A stretch of 64,000 bases of DNA from an uncultured Acidobacteriaceae bacterium (lineage in GTDB: Bacteria; Acidobacteriota; Terriglobia; Terriglobales; Acidobacteriaceae): contig CAWECL010000006.1 of NCBI GenBank assembly GCA_963807725.1, positions 81,435 through 145,434 on the forward strand, written 5' to 3'. Each line of letters begins with the position of its first letter. The stretch's first letter is position 1. The notes under the pieces are model-generated. The model was not told the DNA's origin. It did not search any database and saw only the letters and a list, made by a program, of their open reading frames with translations. Shown here piece by piece: positions 9,419-18,977 of this stretch. A program made the position numbers and the translations under genes.

Positions 9419-9726
9419 GATTGGTTGATAGCGCGGTGCTGGAAGGGCAGTTTGACCTCACCATGCCATATCGTAAATGCGCACCGCACTCCCGTGCACG
9501 ATAGACAAGGGGATGATGCGGCCAGCTCGCGGTTGATGAGAACCCTTTAAGCCGCCAGATACCTTGAGGACATGGACGGCGGGATGCGCGGTTCGAGCTT
9601 GCGCTTCCCCGAGAGAGCAGCGAACGGCACAACCCCGCCGCTCGATTCCCGTCGGACCGTGTTCTTCCGTGACCTCACAACCTCGCGCCGCAGTTGCTAA
9701 GCTCCGAGTGAGTTCCAGGAGGCTAC

Positions 9727-10110
9727 GTGCCCGCGACTGCGCAAAAAACAGCTCAACAATCCACCATCAAGATTCTGTACGGCGAGTCCGATGAGTCCAC
9801 GCTCGCGACGCAAGCCGATGCCATGACTAAGGCTGGCCACCATGTCACCACGGCCATTGGTAGGAAGAGCGTTCAGGAAGCTCTGCACCGTGATGCGTTC
9901 GATCTCGTCATCCTCGGCGCTACCATGTCGAAGGACGATCGCCATCACCTGCCCTACATGGTCAAGAAAGCTCATGAAGGCACCAAGGTTTTGGTTATGC
10001 ACGCCGGCACGCACCATCATGAAGTCGATGCCGCGATTGATCCCACCATGAGCATGCACCGGATCCTCGAAAAGATAGCGGCCGTTCTGCGGCCCGAGCC
10101 GGTGCGCTAA
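9727..10110 (+). CDS. Stand-alone receiver (CheY-like) domain protein, partly degenerate
   Basis: Shows a (beta-alpha)5 pattern: IKILYGESDES ... AFDLVILGATM ... TKVLVMHAG. An Asp is present at the phospho-acceptor position, but the conserved Thr/Ser and Lys positions look substituted. I prefer it over the antisense ORF 9697..10167. Confidence 0.55.
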   Translation: MPATAQKTAQQSTIKILYGESDESTLATQADAMTKAGHHVTTAIGRKSVQEALHRDAFDLVILGATMSKDDRHHLPYMVKKAHEGTKVLVMHAGTHHHEVDAAIDPTMSMHRILEKIAAVLRPEPVR

Positions 10111-10142
10111 CCGCACCTTAAGGATAGAGGCCCAAGAAAAAA

Positions 10143-10179
10143 GGTCTGAGCGGGTGAGAGAAATCACACCCGCCAGACC
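10143..10179 (-). terminator. Terminator-like hairpin with U-tract on the minus strand
   Basis: Read as GGTCTGAGCGGGTG-agagaaat-CACCCGCCAGACC, preceded on the plus strand by an A-run (a U-run after the hairpin on the minus strand). Confidence 0.4.
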
Positions 10180-10323
10180 GTTCAGGCTTCCAGGCTGATT
10201 CCACTATTCTCGTCACCTCCGGCAAGTCAGTTGTCACTCGAGTGTCAACTTTGCGTAATTAAGTAGAGACGCGCGTAGGCACCAGCGTCCGTTCCACTCA
10301 GGAACACCAGGCAAAATTAAAAT

Positions 10324-10368
10324 GGGCCGCCAGCCAAGAAGCGGTGACTCTTCCTTGGCTATCGGCCC
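10324..10368 (-). terminator. Terminator-like long hairpin with U-rich tail on the minus strand
   Basis: Read as GGGCCGCCAGCCAAGAAG-cggtgact-CTTCCTTGGCTATCGGCCC. The minus-strand continuation is ATTTTAATTTT. Confidence 0.4.
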
Positions 10369-10682
10369 ATTCGATCCGGGCTGGGATCAGAGGTGATAGT
10401 TAATCGTAGCCCCCCAGATGCGATTGTCAAGGAACAACTTCCGTCCTCCTTTCTCATTCCCCATTTCAGGAAAAGTGAACCCAGAAGACCCCGAAATCGT
10501 TGACACATCGCCCGCGATAATGTTAATTTTATGAGTTTTAGAAGCGGTTCTTCTTCTAGCAGAACTAGCCAGCAGCTACAGCCAGCAGCATCAGCAAAAA
10601 GAGTCGATCGGCAAAGACTCAACCAAGGATTCTACAGTCGGTTCGATCATCAGTTCGATCACCCGGAAACGATCATCAGACA

Positions 10683-11153
10683 ATGGACCAGACACTCCGA
10701 CAACTAGGCGAATTACTGCTCGGAGCCGTGCCCACCGTCATTCTCCTGGCACTCCTTTATATTCTTTATACGTTCCTTGTCCATCGCCCGTTGAGTGCGG
10801 TGCTTGCCGAGCGCCGTAGCCGCACCCATGGAGCTATGGAAAAGGCGCGCGCCGATATAGCGGCAGCCGAAGGCCGTACCGCTGAATACGAACAGCGGCT
10901 CCGCGAAGCCCGTCAGAAAGTATTCAAGAGTCAGGAAGCCCGCCGCCAGGAAGCGAATCAAGCTCGCGCCCGAGCCGTGAACGAAGCCCGTGATCGCGCC
11001 CATGAACAGGTAAAGCAAGCCCAAGCCGCTCTGGAGAATGATAAGGCGCAAGCCATGGACAAGTTGCAATCCGATGCCGCGAGCCTGGCCACCGAAATCG
11101 TTCGCACCGTCCTGCGTCCCGTCGCGTCCCCAAGTCAGGCAGGTGGCCAGTGA
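10683..11153 (+). CDS. F-type ATP synthase Fo subunit b' (second b-type stator subunit)
   Basis: Has one N-terminal TM helix (LLLGAVPTVILLALLYILYTFLV) followed by a long charged Ala/Arg/Glu/Gln coiled coil. It is the first gene of the atp cluster and overlaps the next ORF by 4 nt. Confidence 0.8.
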   Translation: MDQTLRQLGELLLGAVPTVILLALLYILYTFLVHRPLSAVLAERRSRTHGAMEKARADIAAAEGRTAEYEQRLREARQKVFKSQEARRQEANQARARAVNEARDRAHEQVKQAQAALENDKAQAMDKLQSDAASLATEIVRTVLRPVASPSQAGGQ

Positions 11154-11437
11154 GAAAGGAAGATCGCCGCCTGTCGATTGCCGCTCTCGGGCCGGCGCTG
11201 CTAGCGCTCTTATTGCTCGCGTTCGTTCCCGCGCAGGCGCAAGAACCGTCTTCCGCTTCCACCCCGGCCCAACCTGCCCGGCAAACCGCGTCCGACCCTA
11301 AGGCCGAGCCTAAGAAAGACGCAGCCGCCGCGCCCAAGTCCTTCGGCGAAGAATTGGTCCAGGAGCAACGCGAAGTCACCGGAGCCGACAAGCAAAAGGA
11401 CAAAGCGCGAAGAAGAGGAAGAAAACGAAAGTCTTAA
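11150..11437 (+). CDS. Signal-anchor plus Pro/Ala/Lys-rich segment; probably the N-terminal extension of subunit b, out of frame with it
   Basis: The ORF reads MRKEDRRLSIAALGPALLALLLLAFVPAQAQEPSS...ELVQEQREVTGADKQKDKARRRGRKRKS. It is translationally coupled to b' (GTGA overlap) and ends about 100 nt before the b ORF in a different frame. Confidence 0.5.
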   Translation: MRKEDRRLSIAALGPALLALLLLAFVPAQAQEPSSASTPAQPARQTASDPKAEPKKDAAAAPKSFGEELVQEQREVTGADKQKDKARRRGRKRKS

Positions 11438-11540
11438 GCATGCCCGTCCCATTCGCTGGCTGGCGGATCGAATTGGTTGGAGCGTTCATGGCGCTCATCT
11501 CTTCCTGTTTACTCTGAACTTCGCCATCGTTGTCGCGATC

Positions 11541-11978
11541 GTGTTCTGGGCCGGACGCAAGTTCCTGCCAACCATGTTCCGCAACCGCAGCCAAGCCATC
11601 CAGCAAGCTCTGGAAGAAGCACGCGCTGCCAGTCAAGACGCCAATCGCCGCTTGGCCGACATCGAAAATCGTCTGCGCCAGTTGGATGTAGAAATCGGAC
11701 GCATGCAGGCCACCGCCGAAAAAGAAGCGACCGCTGAAGAAGGCCGCATCCAAACTGCGGCCGAAGAAGATATTCGCAAGGTGGTTCAATCCGCCGAAAA
11801 CGAAATCGCGGCTGCCGCCAAGCAAGCTCGTCGCGATTTGAGCACGCATACGGCAAACCTGGCATTGGCGTTGGCCCGTCAACAGATTCACGTCGATTCC
11901 AACGCCGACCAGTTGCTGGTCCGCGGCTTCGCATCGAAACTGGCTTCTAACAACGACGGTGGAAAGGACGGTCGGTAA
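11541..11978 (+). CDS. atpF: F-type ATP synthase Fo subunit b (ORF-track start truncates the TM helix)
   Basis: FWAGRKFLPTMFRNRSQAIQQALEEARAASQDANRRLADIE is a typical b-subunit stalk. The same frame read upstream gives ...SLKHARPIRWLADRIGWSVHGAHLFLFTLNFAIVVAIV (the missing TM helix) with no ATG/GTG/TTG before 11541. Confidence 0.85.
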   Translation: MFWAGRKFLPTMFRNRSQAIQQALEEARAASQDANRRLADIENRLRQLDVEIGRMQATAEKEATAEEGRIQTAAEEDIRKVVQSAENEIAAAAKQARRDLSTHTANLALALARQQIHVDSNADQLLVRGFASKLASNNDGGKDGR

Positions 11979-12524
11979 ATGGCTTCCGTAGTCGGAACCT
12001 ATGCCCGCGCCTTCGCCGATGTTGTCATGAAGCCGGGCAACCACCTCGATTCCGATCGCGCGCTGCGCGAACTGTACGGTATGGAAGCTTTGCTAAGCCA
12101 GAGCGACCAACTGCGCCGCGTGCTCGAGAACCCGTCCATTCCTGGTGACCGCAAGCGGGCTGTCCTCGGAGCCATCACCGCCAAACTCGGCACGCTACCA
12201 CAGGTCAGAAATTTCGTGGATGTAATCACCGATCACCGCAGGCTGCCGCTGTTCAGCGAGATCCTGAAACAGTTAGAACACGAGATCAACGACCGTCAGG
12301 GATTAGCGGAAGCGCAAGTCAGCAGCTCGCGCCAACTGACGGATTCCGAGAAAGCCATGCTCGAAGCCGAGATCACAAAAATGACCGGCAAGAAAGTTCG
12401 GGCAAGATACGAGCAGGACGCCACCCTGTTAGGTGGAGCTGTCGTGCAGGTAGGCAGCACCATCTACGATGGCTCAGTAAAAGGCCAGTTAGAAAGAATC
12501 AGAGAGCAACTGGTAGAAGACTAG
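11979..12524 (+). CDS. atpH: F-type ATP synthase F1 subunit delta (OSCP)
   Basis: It sits between b and alpha, is 181 aa, and has an OSCP-like sequence (YARAFADV...LLGGAVVQVGSTIYDGSVKGQLERI). Confidence 0.9.
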   Translation: MASVVGTYARAFADVVMKPGNHLDSDRALRELYGMEALLSQSDQLRRVLENPSIPGDRKRAVLGAITAKLGTLPQVRNFVDVITDHRRLPLFSEILKQLEHEINDRQGLAEAQVSSSRQLTDSEKAMLEAEITKMTGKKVRARYEQDATLLGGAVVQVGSTIYDGSVKGQLERIREQLVED

Positions 12525-12604
12525 AAAAAAGTTGAGACGGGAAACGCTGTTTAGCGCCCAACAGCCGGTGCGCAACAGAACTGAAAGCTGAGAACTGACG
12601 CTGA

Positions 12605-14149
<1,545 letters not shown>

Positions 14150-14214
14150 AAGTGTAAGGTCCAAGCTCTCTGGAATCATTTGAGACCTAAGACCTGGCAC
14201 CTGCGACCTGACCA

Positions 14215-15309
14215 ATGGCAAACATTCTCGACATCCGGCGCCGAATCCGCAGCGTGGTCAACACGCGGCAGATCACCAAGGCGATGAAGACTGTCTCTGC
14301 GGCGAAACTGCGCCGCGCGCAAGAGGCGGCGCTCGCCGCTCGGCCCTACTCGCAGATGTTGACCAATGTCCTGAAGTCGCTGGTCGAGCGAGCCGATATC
14401 TACGACGACGTCACCGGAGAGCCGCTGCATCCCCTGCTAGCCGAGCGCGAGGAAAAAACCATTCTCCTGATCCTGGTTACCGGAGACAAAGGCCTTGCCG
14501 GGGCGTTCAATACCAACATTCTGAAGTTGGTGTCGAAGTTTATCCAGTCGAACGCCGATAAGAATATCGACATAGAATGCGTGGGCCGCAAAGGCCGTGA
14601 CTTCATGCGCAGGCGTTTCCCGCTAGCTCCAGCGAGGCCCGAAGAGGTTGTTGGGGATGGGGGCGTTCCGCTTGTCAACCACGAGAATGAAGTTGCTCCC
14701 CAGCGCGCAGGCCGGATCCAAATTGTGGGCGAACATGTCGGAGTGCTGGGTAAAGTGGAATACAAATTCGCCGCCGCTCTGAGCGAGAGTGTGATCGTTC
14801 GCTACACGCATCACGAAATCGATAGCGTCTACGTTCTTTTCAACGAATTCAAATCGGTGATCGCGCAACGTCTGGTGGCCGAACGTCTGCTGCCGATTCG
14901 TGAGATCGGCGAAATTGACGTCGCCCTTGCCGAAGAAGCGACCCTCGAAGAAAAGAAAGAAAGATTAGAAGCGGCGAAAGGCGCGGGAGTAGGTGTGCGT
15001 CCAGCGGATACACATGCCTTAGACGAAGATGCTGCGAAGTTCGGCATGTCGTCGGTGGATTACATCTACGAGCAGCCGCCCAGCGAGCTTTTCCAGGGAA
15101 TTCTGCCCAAGTACATCGGTATCCAGATTTTTCGCGCATTGTTGGAATCCGTGGCCGCCGAGCACGCCGCTCGTATGACTGCAATGGATGCAGCCACCAG
15201 CAACGCTAGCGACATGATCGAATCGCTGACCCTAATCATGAACCGGGCGCGCCAGGCCAAGATCACGAAAGAAATTATTGAGATCGTAAGCGGAGCAGCA
15301 GCACAATAG
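14215..15309 (+). CDS. atpG: F-type ATP synthase F1 subunit gamma, unusually long (364 aa) with two insertions
   Basis: The N-terminus is IRRRIRSVVNTRQITKAMKTVSAAKLRRAQ and the C-terminus is AAEHAARMTAMDAATSNASDMIESLTLIMNRARQAKITKEIIEIVSGAAA. Extra segments lie at about aa 135-170 and about aa 232-275. Confidence 0.95.
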   Translation: MANILDIRRRIRSVVNTRQITKAMKTVSAAKLRRAQEAALAARPYSQMLTNVLKSLVERADIYDDVTGEPLHPLLAEREEKTILLILVTGDKGLAGAFNTNILKLVSKFIQSNADKNIDIECVGRKGRDFMRRRFPLAPARPEEVVGDGGVPLVNHENEVAPQRAGRIQIVGEHVGVLGKVEYKFAAALSESVIVRYTHHEIDSVYVLFNEFKSVIAQRLVAERLLPIREIGEIDVALAEEATLEEKKERLEAAKGAGVGVRPADTHALDEDAAKFGMSSVDYIYEQPPSELFQGILPKYIGIQIFRALLESVAAEHAARMTAMDAATSNASDMIESLTLIMNRARQAKITKEIIEIVSGAAAQ

Positions 15310-15394
15310 AAATTGACGCCCTCTTCAGGGGCTGGAATTGCGACGAAGAGAATTATCGAGAAATTATCTATGCCAGAAAATATCGGACACGTAA

Positions 15395-16813
<1,419 letters not shown>

Positions 16814-16833
16814 TAACAGCAACCAACGACTGC

Positions 16834-17238
16834 ATGGCAGATACTTTCCAACTCGAAATCGTTACGCCCACCCGGCTCCTGGTCAAGGAGTCGGCGGAGG
16901 AAGCGCAGATCCCAGGCCTGAGTGGGTATCTGGGCATTCTCCCAGGCCACGCGCCGCTGCTCACCGAGCTTGCCGTCGGCGTCATTACTTACAAAGCCGG
17001 TGGAGCCACGCATGCGCTCTCAGTCGCCTGGGGATTTGCCGAAGTGTTGCCTGACCGAGTAACCATTCTGGCTGAGGCGGCCGAACGCCCACCGGAGATC
17101 GACGTGCCGCGTGCGCAACAAGCCAAAGATCGTGCGGAACAGCTCTTGAAGAGTAACAATCCCGATCTCGACTACGCCCGCGCCGAAGATGCATTACAAC
17201 GTGCGGAAAATCGTCTGACGGTGGCTAAGGAAAAATAG
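16834..17238 (+). CDS. atpC: F-type ATP synthase F1 subunit epsilon
   Basis: It is 134 aa and the last gene of the atp cluster. FQLEIVTPTRLL...GILPGHAPLLTEL is the typical epsilon N-domain. Confidence 0.95.
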   Translation: MADTFQLEIVTPTRLLVKESAEEAQIPGLSGYLGILPGHAPLLTELAVGVITYKAGGATHALSVAWGFAEVLPDRVTILAEAAERPPEIDVPRAQQAKDRAEQLLKSNNPDLDYARAEDALQRAENRLTVAKEK

Positions 17239-18019
17239 GCTTCCTGATCTTTCTGCCTGCTTTGTGCAGGTCGCCGGCCGCGGCCGTCTGCGTTTTCCGA
17301 GCCTGTGCCAACTGGCCCGCCACGCCCGACCATACCGTCTGATGATAAAGATCGTCCATGATTTCAGGTGAGGGAATCGGGTTGCCACCGGTTTTACTCT
17401 TGAGACGATCTCCCTTACCGAGCTCGAAGTTCGGACGATCGAGCCACCACACCATCATCGAGAACAGTGATCCGGCGAAGCCGTGTGCCATCGCGGTCCG
17501 CTTGGCTCGGTCGAGTGAACGCGATACCTCCAACTCGCCGAGACGCTGATCGATAGCGCGGGCGAAGTATTCTTGTCCCAGCTCCAGAAAGTCACGATGT
17601 TTGTCGGCCGCTCTCAAAGCTCCGAGCAAGGGCCGCATTTCGGCGACGTGAGCGAACATCTCCCGCACTGGAGCGACACGATTTGAAGCCTCGCGCCGAC
17701 GCAGAAGCAGCATCGACATCATTTCCAGGAAATCCTCAAGGTCGCTGAGAAAAAGATCGTTCTTGTCGCTGAAATGCGCGTAAAAAGTGGAGCGTCCAAC
17801 TCCGGCACGGTCGAGCACCTGCTGCACCGTAACGGATTCGAAAGGCTTCTCCTGCATAAGCGCGATCAGCGCATCGCCGAGTGCGTTGCGCGTGCGCCGG
17901 ACGCGGCGGTCGATCTTCTTACCGGCCTTGGGGATTAACTTAAGTACTAAGTTCCGGCTCGTCTTGGCGGCTGGCTTGGAGCGCGATTTCTCAGCTGACG
18001 ACACTGCTTTTCGGGACAT
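17225..18019 (-). CDS. TetR/AcrR-family transcriptional regulator
   Basis: The HTH region reads TRNALGDALIALMQEKPFESVTVQQVLDRAGVGRSTFYAHFSDKNDLF. Its 3' end overlaps the atpC 3' end by about 14 nt (convergent). Confidence 0.9.
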   Translation of the reverse strand: MSRKAVSSAEKSRSKPAAKTSRNLVLKLIPKAGKKIDRRVRRTRNALGDALIALMQEKPFESVTVQQVLDRAGVGRSTFYAHFSDKNDLFLSDLEDFLEMMSMLLLRRREASNRVAPVREMFAHVAEMRPLLGALRAADKHRDFLELGQEYFARAIDQRLGELEVSRSLDRAKRTAMAHGFAGSLFSMMVWWLDRPNFELGKGDRLKSKTGGNPIPSPEIMDDLYHQTVWSGVAGQLAQARKTQTAAAGDLHKAGRKIRKPIFP

Positions 18020-18054
18020 TGACCTACCCTTTGTTCAGGATCGTAATGTCCCGA
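18011..18054. promoter_or_regulatory. 10-bp perfect inverted repeat (TCGGGACATT ... AATGTCCCGA) spanning the tetR start codon
   Basis: The arms read at 18011..18020 and 18045..18054 with a 24-nt spacer. The tetR ATG (18019) lies inside one arm. It sits in the divergent region shared with the membrane-protein gene. Confidence 0.35.
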
Positions 18055-18101
18055 GCGAAAGTGGATTGACCGCTCCCACCGAGCCCTCTAGAGTTCGGTT
18101 C

Positions 18102-18779
18102 ATGACCGATAACCGTTTAAGTGGACTGGCGCTGATCGTTGGATCCGTTGGCGTAATTATAACCATGGGCTTGCATCCCACCGGGCACATCGCCGCAGTG
18201 GATATACAGCCTATGATCCGGAAGCTGATTATGGTGCATGCCCTCGGACTGGCCTGTTTGCCCGTTCTGTTTCTTGGAGCTTGGGGATTTTGCCGTCAAC
18301 TGTCCGCTCAAGCCCGCCTGGCGGCGATAGGCTTAGTGCTGTATGCCTTCGCGCTGCTGGCCGTGATGAACGCCGCCGTCGCGGATGGATTGATCGCCCC
18401 AAGCGTTCTCCGCCAGATTGTGGCATCGGCGGGCGCACCATCTGCTATCGATAGCTGGCGGATGATCCAGCATTACAACTTTTATGCCAACCAGGCCTAT
18501 GCGCAGGTATTTGTCGCTGCTTCCTCGATCGCGATAATCGTGTGGTCCGCCGCGCTTCTGCGAGCCACCAGCCGGTTCCGAGGCCTTGGCATCTACGGCT
18601 GCATTATCGGCCCGCTGATTTTGCTGGCTCTATTCTCCGGACATTTAACCCTCGATGCGCATGGCTTTGGCGTTATCGTTTTACTGCAATCGATTTGGTT
18701 CGGGGCAGCGGGCATTTTCTTGTTGCGCTCCAGCGAAGGCGTAACGGCGGCGCATGAAGCGATAGCCTCGCTGAGGTGA
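18102..18779 (+). CDS. Polytopic membrane protein of unknown function, divergent from TetR
   Basis: From the internal ATG (MTDNRLSGLALIVGSVGVIITMGLHP...) there are about 6 hydrophobic helices. The ORF-track extension 17787..18101 is antisense to tetR and non-protein-like. Confidence 0.6.
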   Translation: MTDNRLSGLALIVGSVGVIITMGLHPTGHIAAVDIQPMIRKLIMVHALGLACLPVLFLGAWGFCRQLSAQARLAAIGLVLYAFALLAVMNAAVADGLIAPSVLRQIVASAGAPSAIDSWRMIQHYNFYANQAYAQVFVAASSIAIIVWSAALLRATSRFRGLGIYGCIIGPLILLALFSGHLTLDAHGFGVIVLLQSIWFGAAGIFLLRSSEGVTAAHEAIASLR

Positions 18780-18977
18780 GAGTTTTTGTTTGGAGAAGAT
18801 GCGCGCCAGGAGCGCCATCTGGCCGCGCCCATCTCCGTCCACTTTATTGTGAGCCGGAAATGCGGTAGCGTATCATCGTGGCGCGGAACCGGATTCCAGT
18901 ATCGACAATCCCGGGACCGACAATCGCTGCGGGCGTTGGGGTAAAGCTCGAAGTTAATCCCCAGTGGGGGACGCTCG

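Noticed and set aside
9697-10167. A 156-aa minus-strand ORF overlaps the receiver-domain ORF.
   Set aside because: The plus-strand translation shows the alternating beta-alpha receiver pattern, while the minus-strand one has no recognisable features. Its start would also lie inside the hairpin at 10143..10179.
10500-10528. A plus-strand TTGACA-N17-TTAATT could be the atp operon promoter.
   Set aside because: The -10 match is weak (3 of 6), and I cannot assume sigma-70 consensus rules for this phylum. It is not supportable without transcription-start data.
10359-10622. An 87-aa minus-strand ORF lies in the gap upstream of the atp cluster.
   Set aside because: The composition is Cys/Leu/Arg-rich and unlike a real protein, and there is no ribosome-binding site at its start. 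I kept the region only as a possible sRNA or micro-ORF locus (see findings).
11376-12044. Several long antisense ORFs lie within the atp genes: this 222-aa minus-strand ORF, plus 12776..13501, 15368..15907 and 16394..16822.
   Set aside because: They lie opposite highly conserved ATP synthase coding sequence. They are shadow ORFs.
17225-17238. The atpC and tetR 3' ends overlap convergently by 14 nt.
   Set aside because: It probably reflects a slightly over-long C-terminal tail call for one of the ORFs. There is no independent evidence of antisense regulation.
17787-18101. The ORF track gives an N-terminal extension to the membrane-protein ORF (start at 17787).
   Set aside because: The extension is antisense to the TetR coding region and is not protein-like. 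An internal ATG at 18102 begins the hydrophobic protein.
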